Assembly (NCBI GenBank): GCA_964530865.1
Contig: CAZHBU010000006.1
Location: 1-47,658 of the forward strand
DNA length: 47,658 nt
Source of the DNA: an uncultured Sulfurospirillum sp.
Lineage (GTDB): Bacteria; Campylobacterota; Campylobacteria; Campylobacterales; Sulfurospirillaceae
Direction of reading: 5' to 3'
The notes beneath the pieces were generated by a model, which saw only the letters and a program-made list of their open reading frames with translations, searched no databases and was not told where the DNA came from. The translations under genes were made by a program, and so were the position numbers. This document shows, one piece after another, positions 1 through 10,377 of the stretch (positions are counted from its first letter, which is position 1; every line of letters starts with the position of its first letter).

Positions 1-77
1 GTGGTTAGTAGGGTTATCAATAATCTTTTTAGCAAGGGTTTCCTTTACATGTAGAGGTGTTTAGAACTTAAGTATTA

Positions 78-581
78 CTATAAAATTTTAAACTTTTTTA
101 ATTCATTTAGCCAGTCTTCCATAAATTCATTTGCTCTTTCTCCAAATAAATAGTTTAAGAAAAAATCATTCATATCTTTTGCAACTTTTTCCATTCCTCC
201 TCCATCTGTATCTAATTGAATAATTGAGCCATCTTCTAATTCAAAATACATGAAACCAGACACATCATTTGCAAAATAAATAACCTTATTATTCATCTCT
301 TCAAAAAGATTTTTCCATTCTAAAAACTCTTTTGCTAACTCTTCCATAAATTCACTTTCAACAGGATGTACACCTAGAACTCTCATAAAGTCCAAGTTTG
401 CACCGTTCCATCTTTTTAAAAAAGCTTTATGTTGTTTTGATAAAGGACGAGGTAGTAATTTTTCTTCATTTTCTATCATTGTATTTGTGGCACCATTGTT
501 TGGTATATCTGATAAATTTTTTGATAAAATACCTGAATTAATAATTTTTTCAATTCTTTCTATAAATTTATTTTCTTGCAT
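78..581 (-). CDS. SMI1/KNR4 (SUKH) family immunity protein
   Basis: GATNTMIENEEKLLPRPLSKQHKAFLKRWNG matches the SUKH GAxxxxIxxxExxLxxxLPxxYKxFLxxxNG signature; later FANDVSGFMY and VAKDMNDFF. The ATG overlaps the upstream stop (TAATG, 579-583) and has a GGAG SD. Confidence 0.85.
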   Translation of the reverse strand: MQENKFIERIEKIINSGILSKNLSDIPNNGATNTMIENEEKLLPRPLSKQHKAFLKRWNGANLDFMRVLGVHPVESEFMEELAKEFLEWKNLFEEMNNKVIYFANDVSGFMYFELEDGSIIQLDTDGGGMEKVAKDMNDFFLNYLFGERANEFMEDWLNELKKFKIL

Positions 582-1113
582 TATTCTACTCCTATCTCTT
601 TTAATATATTGTCCAACTGTTTTCCATAGCTACGATTAACTGATCGATCCAATGAGTTTACATTTGCTCTTGTATTTGAACCATTTAGCTGCAAATCAAT
701 TTTATGGTCAATATCCGAATTTTCTAGTTTTTTAAGGGCATTATTTTTTGTTTTTGTTTATTGGTTATAGCATGTTTCGAGTTGGGTTTAACTTTAGCAT
801 CTTTATTTTGTATGTTTTTAACTTTATTATAAAGTGCTTTACTATAATACCCCTTAGCAACACTCTTAGAAACCTTCAGTTTTTTCATTATAGCAATTAC
901 TGCTGTCTCTTTGCTTATGCCATGTTTACTTAACTCATATATAGCACTTAATGTTACTGTTGGTGGTGTAAGTTCTGATAAGCCTGTTGGTCCTGTTTTT
1001 ACTTCATCATCACTATCTGGTTTGCGTTTAGGGTTATGTTTTTTACTACACAAGAGCATCAAAATAAGTGGAATGTATCTAGTAATAGAAACTGGCCTGA
1101 AATTTATCCCCAA
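581..1113 (-). pseudogene. Frameshifted polymorphic-toxin fragment with C-terminal HNH-type nuclease tip
   Basis: ORF 724..1113 stops at 724-726. The -1 frame (581..757, 58 aa) reads TKTKNNALKKLENSDIDHKIDLQLNGSNTRANVNSLDRSVNRSYGKQLDNILKEIGVE*, an HNH-like motif whose stop overlaps the SUKH start. Confidence 0.72.
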
Positions 1114-1170
1114 CTTAGTATATTTTTCAGTGAAATTCTGTTAAAATATACTAAGTAATTTAGGAATAAA
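1103..1170 (-). other. Long imperfect hairpin in the leader of the toxin/immunity unit
   Basis: 14-bp perfect stem (1113-1126 with 1143-1156) plus a 10-bp outer stem (1103-1112 with 1161-1170) whose two G-U pairs form only on the minus-strand RNA; 4-nt bulge. Confidence 0.6.
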
Positions 1171-1208
1171 AGGTGGGTTTACACAGTTTAATTTACAGTC
1201 TCTTAGGT

Positions 1209-1217
1209 ATTATACCA
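1209..1217 (-). promoter_or_regulatory. Extended -10 sigma70 promoter (TGGTATAAT) facing the toxin/immunity unit
   Basis: Perfect TGnTATAAT on the minus strand in the 1114-1234 intergenic gap. Confidence 0.55.
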
Positions 1218-1234
1218 CTTTAATATGTGGATTT

Positions 1235-1786
1235 CTAAAACTCAAAAGTTTCTTCAAATATGATGGTATTATTTAACTTAACTTTACACTTTCGTGCTAT
1301 TTCTACAGGGATTACTTTACCAAGCATAGGACTAAGGCTAGTATAGTAAACTTTATCACATGCAGTGTCTTTTTCAAAAGCTAATGCATATCCGTTGCTA
1401 TTTGATTCAATTTTACATTCTTCGATTAATTTTTTAGGTAAACTTGTTATTAGAACATATGGTATATCTTCAAAATTTTGAATTTGAATTAGTGAATTAC
1501 ACTCTCCTTTGATATGTCCATTTTTTGTAGTCTTTTCAAAGTTTACACGTGTATAGTCTGTTCCATTAAATACTAATTCTTTATTAACACTTACAAAATA
1601 TTTAGACGGTTTGAAAGATATCTTTTTTATACAGAAGTCAGTATATACTTCTAAATTACCAACTTTTGCTAAATTGTTTTTACAGCCAGGTTTTGCACTT
1701 GCAAAGTTTGATGGATTATTTATTGCGCATCCTGAAAAAAATAATACTACTAGTGAAAATAGAGTGAAAGTTGTGTTTTTTTTCAT
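1235..1786 (-). CDS. Hypothetical lipoprotein (Cys-rich)
   Basis: Basic N-terminus, hydrophobic stretch and lipobox FFSG|C20; six further Cys; AAGG SD upstream; no family recognised. Confidence 0.75.
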   Translation of the reverse strand: MKKNTTFTLFSLVVLFFSGCAINNPSNFASAKPGCKNNLAKVGNLEVYTDFCIKKISFKPSKYFVSVNKELVFNGTDYTRVNFEKTTKNGHIKGECNSLIQIQNFEDIPYVLITSLPKKLIEECKIESNSNGYALAFEKDTACDKVYYTSLSPMLGKVIPVEIARKCKVKLNNTIIFEETFEF

Positions 1787-2028
1787 TTTATATACCTTTT
1801 ATTTTTCTAAATAAAATTATACTTATTATATATTAAAAAAAACTTAGAAATAATAAAATTATATTATTTTTTCAATTAATTAGCTTATAGAACTTAAATT
1901 ATATATGTAAACCTTTAATACTGATCCGGACACACTAATTCATACTATTTATAATACAATTATAAATAAAATTCCAATTTAGTCCTTAATTAATATTAAG
2001 GTAAAAATCAAATTAATTTATTATAACA

Positions 2029-4587
2029 CTACTGAAAAATCCTAAAAGGTGTTTCTATAGTTCTTTTTATAAATCCGAAAGGAGATAGTGCAGTATCCTG
2101 AATGATATTAGTTTTTATTTTAGGTTCTGATAATGTACCTTCTATTTTAACATCGGTATATAGTCTTCCATCTTTTCCTAAAAATATATAGTTAAAGACT
2201 GGAATATTGCTAACAATAGAGCTTAAGTTTTTAAAAATACTTATTTGTAAATCTATATTTACTTCATCTGTTTCTAGGTTTATAGTTCCAGTTCCTCTGA
2301 TATCTGCACTATTGCCATTTACATTTAACTCATCTATTGTAATTATATCCCCATCTCTTTTGAAGCCTAAAAGTGCATATGTTATTTTGTATCCATCTTC
2401 GTTAAATCCGGGGCTTTTAAAACTAATAAGTGATGGGATAGTATGCATAAATGCCATAAGATTGTTATAAAAAGTCATACCTTTTATAGTTGTGTTTTTA
2501 GCTGTAATTGTTGCATCAAAGTGCTTGGTATCTACACCATCAACATGAAGTTCAAATGAACCATTTTCAAAAACATCTTTTCCAAATATGCTATTTACAA
2601 ACATATCAGTTAGATTTTTACTTGAAAGGTAGAGTGTTTTATCTGTCTGTTCCATAAATATGGTTTGTGCAAATAGTTCACTGTTAAAAGTTGTGTTTTT
2701 CCCATCAAGTTTGTAAACAAAATGATTAATTGGAATTTTTACTGTGGAGTTCGTATCTATGATATTTGAGTTTATTCCAACAATAGTTACTTTTCCTACA
2801 TCAACAGGGTCACCATATTTTGAAGAATCAAATGTGACATCTATATCTTTTATGATTAGTTTTAGACCTTCTTCCTTTTTTGTTATTTTGATTTTTTTAT
2901 CTGAAGAAATAAGTTCTAACGTATTTCCATCGGTCGTTACATTTAGATCCATCTTTGTAAGTTGTTTTCCATTTTGGCTTAGCGGAAGATTCATCTCTTC
3001 TAGTTTTGCTTTTACGTTGTAGCTTTTAAAGTTTTTAGTTTCTATATTTAATTGACCATCTTTTATGTCTATATCTTTCATAAGTTTTGAATATGGATAA
3101 ATCAAGTTGAGTTTTTCAACGTTTATTTTATTGTTAGCTGTAAGAAATTCAAGATTAGTTTTAAAACTATCAATGTATATGAAAGTTCCATTTTCTTTTA
3201 TCTGCATAGTAGCTTTAGAGTTAACATGTTCTACATGTAGAAGGTCGAGTTGATCAAACTTTACATGTAAAGAGTTTATTTTGTTATCACTTTTGTAAAT
3301 TCCATTTGTAAGATTCAAATCTCCTGATGTATATATATTGAAAACTGTATCATATTTTAGATTCACATCTTGAAGATAGACCATGCCATTGTCTAGTTCT
3401 ATATAGCCACTTTTTGAGTATATTGGTAATCCTGAGAGTGTTATATTTGCGTCATTTATTTTAAAATTTCCACTGTAACTTTTAACGCCAAAAGGAAGAA
3501 ATTTTATGTCTATTTTGACATTGGCTTCGGTTGTTCCAGCAGTTTGTGTAATCGGTACTTTTATGTCAAAAGCATGAAGAACTGCATGGATTGAATCATC
3601 TAAGATAGTATTAGCATGAATGTCTACTACTATGCCAGCTCCAACACTCATGAGGTGATAGATGTGTACTTTTGTATTGGTGACATCTTTTCCTTGGTAT
3701 TCTGCTTTTTTTACATCAAAGATGAGTTGGTCATTTTTAAGTATAACATCGAGTTCATTTACGAGTGCTGATGGTGCATTTTTATCAAACTTTATAACTG
3801 CATTTTTACCTGTTGCTCTTGCTTTCATAAGGTTTGGATAAAAGTCAAATGTATCTAAATTAAACTTACCTTCCAAGTTGTGAAGCTGATACTCATCTGC
3901 TACTATCTTTTTATATACCCACGCAGATATAAGGGGTTCCATATCTGTTTTCTTTGATAAAAAGTCCATAAATGGTTTTAGAGTAGCAAATTTTTGAGTA
4001 TTTAATCTGTAGTATAAATCATCTTTATCTACTCTAAGTTCAACACCTCCACTTATGTTAAAGGTTGTGAAGTTCCCTCTAAATTCAAATAGTCTCTCTT
4101 TTAATTTTGCTTCAAGATTGCCATTGAGTTTTATATGAAAGTCTTTTAGAATCATTTGCTGTATAACTATTTCTATTGAGTTTTTCCATCCTCGTACTTT
4201 AGCGTTTATTGTAAGAAAGTCACTATCAGCATAAAAAACTTCATCTTTATACAGAAAGTGTATAATTTTGTTGTCATAAATGAGGTTTTGAATTGAGATA
4301 GATTCAAAAAGAGAGTAGAGATATGGAAGGTTATATATTAATTGATAAACTTCTTCTATAGAGCTATTGTTTTTACTTTGGGCATCTATGTCAATAGTAT
4401 CGATAGTTACAATTAGTTTTTTATCTAATTTTATGTACAATTGTGAAATTTTAACTTTTGGAAGTTCAATGCTTTTTATTCTAATTCCATTTGTTAAAAA
4501 AACAAACAAGAGAGTGATAAAAAGAAAAATGACTAAAAAAAATCTCCAGATGTTTTTCATAGTATGTGATGTTGCGTTTATTATCAT
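2029..4587 (-). CDS. AsmA-like/YhdP-type large periplasmic beta-strand protein (DUF3971-like, AsmA-like C-terminus)
   Basis: 852 aa with an N-terminal TM anchor followed by QLYIKLDKKL, a beta-rich body and C-terminal IPVFNYIFLG..KIEGTLSEPKI. It sits next to mltG-icd as in Campylobacter. The start may be 4560. Confidence 0.75.
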   Translation of the reverse strand: MIINATSHTMKNIWRFFLVIFLFITLLFVFLTNGIRIKSIELPKVKISQLYIKLDKKLIVTIDTIDIDAQSKNNSSIEEVYQLIYNLPYLYSLFESISIQNLIYDNKIIHFLYKDEVFYADSDFLTINAKVRGWKNSIEIVIQQMILKDFHIKLNGNLEAKLKERLFEFRGNFTTFNISGGVELRVDKDDLYYRLNTQKFATLKPFMDFLSKKTDMEPLISAWVYKKIVADEYQLHNLEGKFNLDTFDFYPNLMKARATGKNAVIKFDKNAPSALVNELDVILKNDQLIFDVKKAEYQGKDVTNTKVHIYHLMSVGAGIVVDIHANTILDDSIHAVLHAFDIKVPITQTAGTTEANVKIDIKFLPFGVKSYSGNFKINDANITLSGLPIYSKSGYIELDNGMVYLQDVNLKYDTVFNIYTSGDLNLTNGIYKSDNKINSLHVKFDQLDLLHVEHVNSKATMQIKENGTFIYIDSFKTNLEFLTANNKINVEKLNLIYPYSKLMKDIDIKDGQLNIETKNFKSYNVKAKLEEMNLPLSQNGKQLTKMDLNVTTDGNTLELISSDKKIKITKKEEGLKLIIKDIDVTFDSSKYGDPVDVGKVTIVGINSNIIDTNSTVKIPINHFVYKLDGKNTTFNSELFAQTIFMEQTDKTLYLSSKNLTDMFVNSIFGKDVFENGSFELHVDGVDTKHFDATITAKNTTIKGMTFYNNLMAFMHTIPSLISFKSPGFNEDGYKITYALLGFKRDGDIITIDELNVNGNSADIRGTGTINLETDEVNIDLQISIFKNLSSIVSNIPVFNYIFLGKDGRLYTDVKIEGTLSEPKIKTNIIQDTALSPFGFIKRTIETPFRIFQ

Positions 4588-5470
4588 TTATTCTCTTCTT
4601 TTTCACTTATCAAAACCAATGAATACAACAAAAGTTACTTACATCCCACAAGGTTCAATTGGTCAGATTATAACATATTTAGAGCAAAAAGAGTTTTATT
4701 TGTCACCGAGTGTAGATAAATATATGCTTTTTTTTATAGGACAGCCACAATCTGGTTGGATTAATATTGGTGAAAGAAAACTGAGCCGTGGAGATTTTTT
4801 GTATAAACTTGCAAATTCAAAAGCAGCTATCAACGATATAACGTTGATTCCTGGAGAGACAATAGATGTCTTTTTATACCAAATATCACAAGAGTATAAT
4901 CTCTCATATAAAAAACTTATGAAATATTATCTAAAGTATAGCCCTCTCAAAGATGGGCTTATAGTTCCAGAAACCTATCATATTCCTATGGGCATAGAAG
5001 AAAGGCATCTTGTGCTTTACTTGATAAACTATGCTTGGAAAAATCATAAAAAAACATCTATAAAAATTTTTGGTAAATTTAATAAAAAAAGTTGGTATAA
5101 GTATCTAGTTATTGCCTCAATTATACAAAAAGAAGCTGCAAATAAAAAAGAGATGCCCTTAGTATCATCAGTAGTTTATAATCGCTTGAAAAAGGGTATG
5201 AAATTACAAATGGATGGAACACTAAATTATGGAAAATATTCTCATATAAAGGTTACTCCTCAAAGGATAAAAGAAGATAAGAGTAAGTATAATACCTATA
5301 AATATAGAGGTCTGCCACCATATCCTGTAAGTAGTGTTTCAAAAGAAGCTATTTTAGCAGCAATATTTCCTAAAAAAACTAGTTACCTATATTTTGTTAA
5401 ATCGAAAAATAGAGGACATATTTTTTCTAAAACATATAAAGGTCATTTAAGAAATATAAATAAAAAATAA
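4529..5470 (+). CDS. mltG: Endolytic transglycosylase MltG (YceG family)
   Basis: ASIIQKE catalytic motif, NRLKKGMKLQMDGT, YNTYKYRGLPPYP and YLYFV; single N-terminal TM. Start moved from 4367 to the in-frame ATG at 4529. Confidence 0.92.
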   Translation: MTKKNLQMFFIVCDVAFIIIYSLLFHLSKPMNTTKVTYIPQGSIGQIITYLEQKEFYLSPSVDKYMLFFIGQPQSGWINIGERKLSRGDFLYKLANSKAAINDITLIPGETIDVFLYQISQEYNLSYKKLMKYYLKYSPLKDGLIVPETYHIPMGIEERHLVLYLINYAWKNHKKTSIKIFGKFNKKSWYKYLVIASIIQKEAANKKEMPLVSSVVYNRLKKGMKLQMDGTLNYGKYSHIKVTPQRIKEDKSKYNTYKYRGLPPYPVSSVSKEAILAAIFPKKTSYLYFVKSKNRGHIFSKTYKGHLRNINKK

Positions 5471-5621
5471 AAAATGATTAGCTTATAAATGGCTTTTATT
5501 TTAGGTAAAGTGCTTTTTTCACACATTATAGTTTATTTAAAAATAATATATTGATTTAAAAGGTATCTAAGAATTTAATCAATATAGTTATAATATTGTT
5601 AATAAATTTTAAGGAGAATAG

Positions 5622-7820
<2,199 letters not shown>

Positions 7821-7823
7821 AGC

Positions 7824-7852
7824 TAGATAGGGGAAATTATATTCCCCATCTA
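7824..7852 (+). other. Intergenic stem-loop between icd and mdh (no U-tail)
   Basis: TAGAT-a-GGGGAA/ATTATA/TTCCCC-ATCTA; overlaps a TCTACATGTAAA copy. Confidence 0.55.
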
Positions 7853-7870
7853 CATGTAAAGGAGAACTAT

Positions 7871-8824
7871 TTGTTACAAGCTAAAAAAGTTTCTATTATT
7901 GGAGCTGGAAATGTTGGAGCAACAGTCTGTTACTGGCTTGCTATGAGAAAGAGTTGTCGTGAAATAGTTATGATTGACTTAGTGGAAGGGTTGGCTAAAG
8001 GTAAAGCTTTAGATATAGCACAAGCTACTTCTCCTGAAGGAAGTCATACGCTTATTCATGCCTCAAGTGATTATACTGATATACAAAATAGCGATATAAT
8101 TGTCATTACCGCAGGAGTTCCACGAAAGCCTGGCATGAGTAGAGATGATTTACTCTTGATAAATGCAAAAATAGTAAAACAAATAGTTGAAAAGGTAAAA
8201 GAGTATGCACCTCAAGCTATACTTATAATGGTAACAAATCCTCTCGATGCTACAACTTATACCGCACTAAAAGTTGGTGATTATCCCAGAAATCAAGTTG
8301 TAGGTATGGCTGGAATTTTAGATAGTTCAAGAATGGAAACTCTAATATCTGGAAAACTTGGTTTTGGTCATGGTCAAGTGACTGCAAGTGTTATGGGTGG
8401 TCATGGTGATGATATGGTACCACTTCCTAGGTACTCTTCGGTCAATGGTGTTGCTTTGACTGATTTGTTAAATGATTTGGAGATAGAAGAGATAATAGAA
8501 AAAACAAGACATGGCGGTGCTGAGATTGTTGGGCATATGGGAACATCTGCTTACTATGCTCCTGCAAATAGTACAGTAAAGATGATAGAAGCTATTCTAG
8601 GTGATAAACATGCAATTTTTCCGTGTGCAACACTTCTTGAAGGTGAGTATGGATACAAAGATACTGTAAATGGAGTTCCTGTAATTTTGGGTGCAAATGG
8701 TATAGAAAAGATAGTTGAATTACCGTTGAACTTAAGTGAACAGAGACTTTTTGCAAATAGTGTAGAATCAGTTAACAATTTGTTGGGAACATTACATAAT
8801 AATAATTTTTTTGAGGAGAAGTAA
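7871..8824 (+). CDS. mdh: Malate dehydrogenase (LDH-like)
   Basis: GAGNVG Rossmann motif, TAGVPRKPGMSRDDLL, GGHGD; TTG start with AAGGAG SD. Confidence 0.96.
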   Translation: MLQAKKVSIIGAGNVGATVCYWLAMRKSCREIVMIDLVEGLAKGKALDIAQATSPEGSHTLIHASSDYTDIQNSDIIVITAGVPRKPGMSRDDLLLINAKIVKQIVEKVKEYAPQAILIMVTNPLDATTYTALKVGDYPRNQVVGMAGILDSSRMETLISGKLGFGHGQVTASVMGGHGDDMVPLPRYSSVNGVALTDLLNDLEIEEIIEKTRHGGAEIVGHMGTSAYYAPANSTVKMIEAILGDKHAIFPCATLLEGEYGYKDTVNGVPVILGANGIEKIVELPLNLSEQRLFANSVESVNNLLGTLHNNNFFEEK

Positions 8825-9675
8825 TGAGAGAGGTAAAGTATGAGGATATTGTTAAGTCTATAAGAGATAGTATTATGTATAGTGGTACAAACCTTCCAAA
8901 AGATGCTTTAGATAAGATGAATGAGGCTTATCAAAAAGAGGAAAGTCCAGTGGCTAAAGAGGTTTTAAAACAACTTCTTGAAAATGCCGACATTGCTTCA
9001 AGTGAAGATAAACCACTTTGTCAAGATACTGGGTTGGCAGTATTTTTTGTAAAAGTTGGTGAAGATGTAAAAGTTGTTGGTGGAACTCTGAAAGCTGCTA
9101 TTAATGAGGGAACTGAAAAAGGTTATGTTGATGGGTATTTAAGAGCATCTACATGTCATTGGGACACAAGAGCAAACCTTAAAGATGAGGTAGGTTACAA
9201 CTTACCTGCTGTAATTCATTTTGATTTAGTTGAGGGTGATGAGCTTGAGATAGAGTATGCTGCAAAAGGTGGTGGTAGTGAGAATGTTAGTCGTGCTACT
9301 GTTATTCCTCCAGCTGCTGGAAGAGCTGGTGTGATTGATTACGTTAAAGAAGTTGTCTCAAATGCTGGGCCAAATCCTTGTCCTCCACTTACTGTTGGAG
9401 TTGGAATTGGTGGTACTTTTGAGAAAGCTGTTATCTCAAGTAAACATGCACTTTTTAGAAAACTTGGAAGTGTAAATGAAGATGAAACTTTAGATTCTAT
9501 GGAAAAAGAGCTAGTTGAAGAGCTAAATAAACTTGGAATTGGTGCTATGGGAATGGGAGGAACGCAAACAGTATTTGGTGTTCATATTGAAAAAAATCCA
9601 TGTCACATTGCTAGTCTTCCTGTTTCAGTAAATGTTCAGTGTCATAGCAGTAGACATACTGTTATAAAGCTTTAG
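8824..9675 (+). CDS. Fe-S fumarate hydratase (class I, two-subunit), alpha subunit
   Basis: PLCQDTG, KGGGSEN, NPCPP, GVGIGG, CHIASLP, QCHSSR; lies in a TCA operon. Confidence 0.92.
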   Translation: MREVKYEDIVKSIRDSIMYSGTNLPKDALDKMNEAYQKEESPVAKEVLKQLLENADIASSEDKPLCQDTGLAVFFVKVGEDVKVVGGTLKAAINEGTEKGYVDGYLRASTCHWDTRANLKDEVGYNLPAVIHFDLVEGDELEIEYAAKGGGSENVSRATVIPPAAGRAGVIDYVKEVVSNAGPNPCPPLTVGVGIGGTFEKAVISSKHALFRKLGSVNEDETLDSMEKELVEELNKLGIGAMGMGGTQTVFGVHIEKNPCHIASLPVSVNVQCHSSRHTVIKL

Positions 9676-9681
9676 GAATTT

Positions 9682-10245
9682 ATGATGAGTAAAACATATA
9701 ATTTAACAACACCTTTAAGCGAAGCAGATGTAGTTCAACTAAAAGCTGGAGATATTGTTTATCTAAGTGGTATTATATATACTGCACGTGACGCGGCTCA
9801 CAAAAAGCTTATTGATTTGATGGATGCTAAAGAAGAATTACCTTTTGATGTAGATGGCTCTGTTATCTATTTTGTTGGACCAACTCCTCCAAAACCAGGT
9901 GATCCTATAGGAAGTGCAGGACCAACTACCTCTTATCGTATGGATTCATATTCGCCAAGACTTATAAATGAAAAAGGTCTTAGAGGGATGATAGGCAAGG
10001 GAAAGAGAAACAAAGATGTAACAGATGCGTGTAGCAAGTCTAAGGCTATCTATTTTGGTGCAACTGGTGGTGCTGGAGCACTTTTGGCTCGTCAAATAAA
10101 AAGTGCAGAAGTAATAGCTTATCCTGAACTTGGACCTGAAGCAATAAGAAAGCTTGAAGTAATCGATTTTCCACTTACTGTGATAAATGATACTTATAAT
10201 CAAGATTTATATAAGATTGGAAGGGCAAAATACGAGGTTAAGTAA
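9682..10245 (+). CDS. Fe-S fumarate hydratase (class I, two-subunit), beta subunit
   Basis: TARDAAHK, GPTTSYRMD, MIGKG, ELGPEA. Confidence 0.92.
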   Translation: MMSKTYNLTTPLSEADVVQLKAGDIVYLSGIIYTARDAAHKKLIDLMDAKEELPFDVDGSVIYFVGPTPPKPGDPIGSAGPTTSYRMDSYSPRLINEKGLRGMIGKGKRNKDVTDACSKSKAIYFGATGGAGALLARQIKSAEVIAYPELGPEAIRKLEVIDFPLTVINDTYNQDLYKIGRAKYEVK

Positions 10246-10377
10246 TTATGTAACATTTATGTCATGCAAGTTTACTTGAAACTTAAATTATAAGAAAATA
10301 ATATATATAGTTGAGTATTTTATCATGATGATAGACAAATAACTATAGAATTTTGACAAAATTAAGCAGGAGGCTCT

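Noticed and set aside
748-1144. Plus-strand ORFs 748..933 and 911..1144
   Set aside because: Antisense shadows of the toxin remnant; no SD or motif.
1541-1554. TACACGTGTA palindrome (and TTTACACGTGG near 17020) as parS
   Set aside because: Shares only CACGTG with TGTTTCACGTGAAACA; the flanks do not match.
4367-4528. Long N-terminal extension of mltG from TTG 4367
   Set aside because: Runs deep into the opposite-strand gene with no SD; ATG 4529 gives a normal single-TM MltG.
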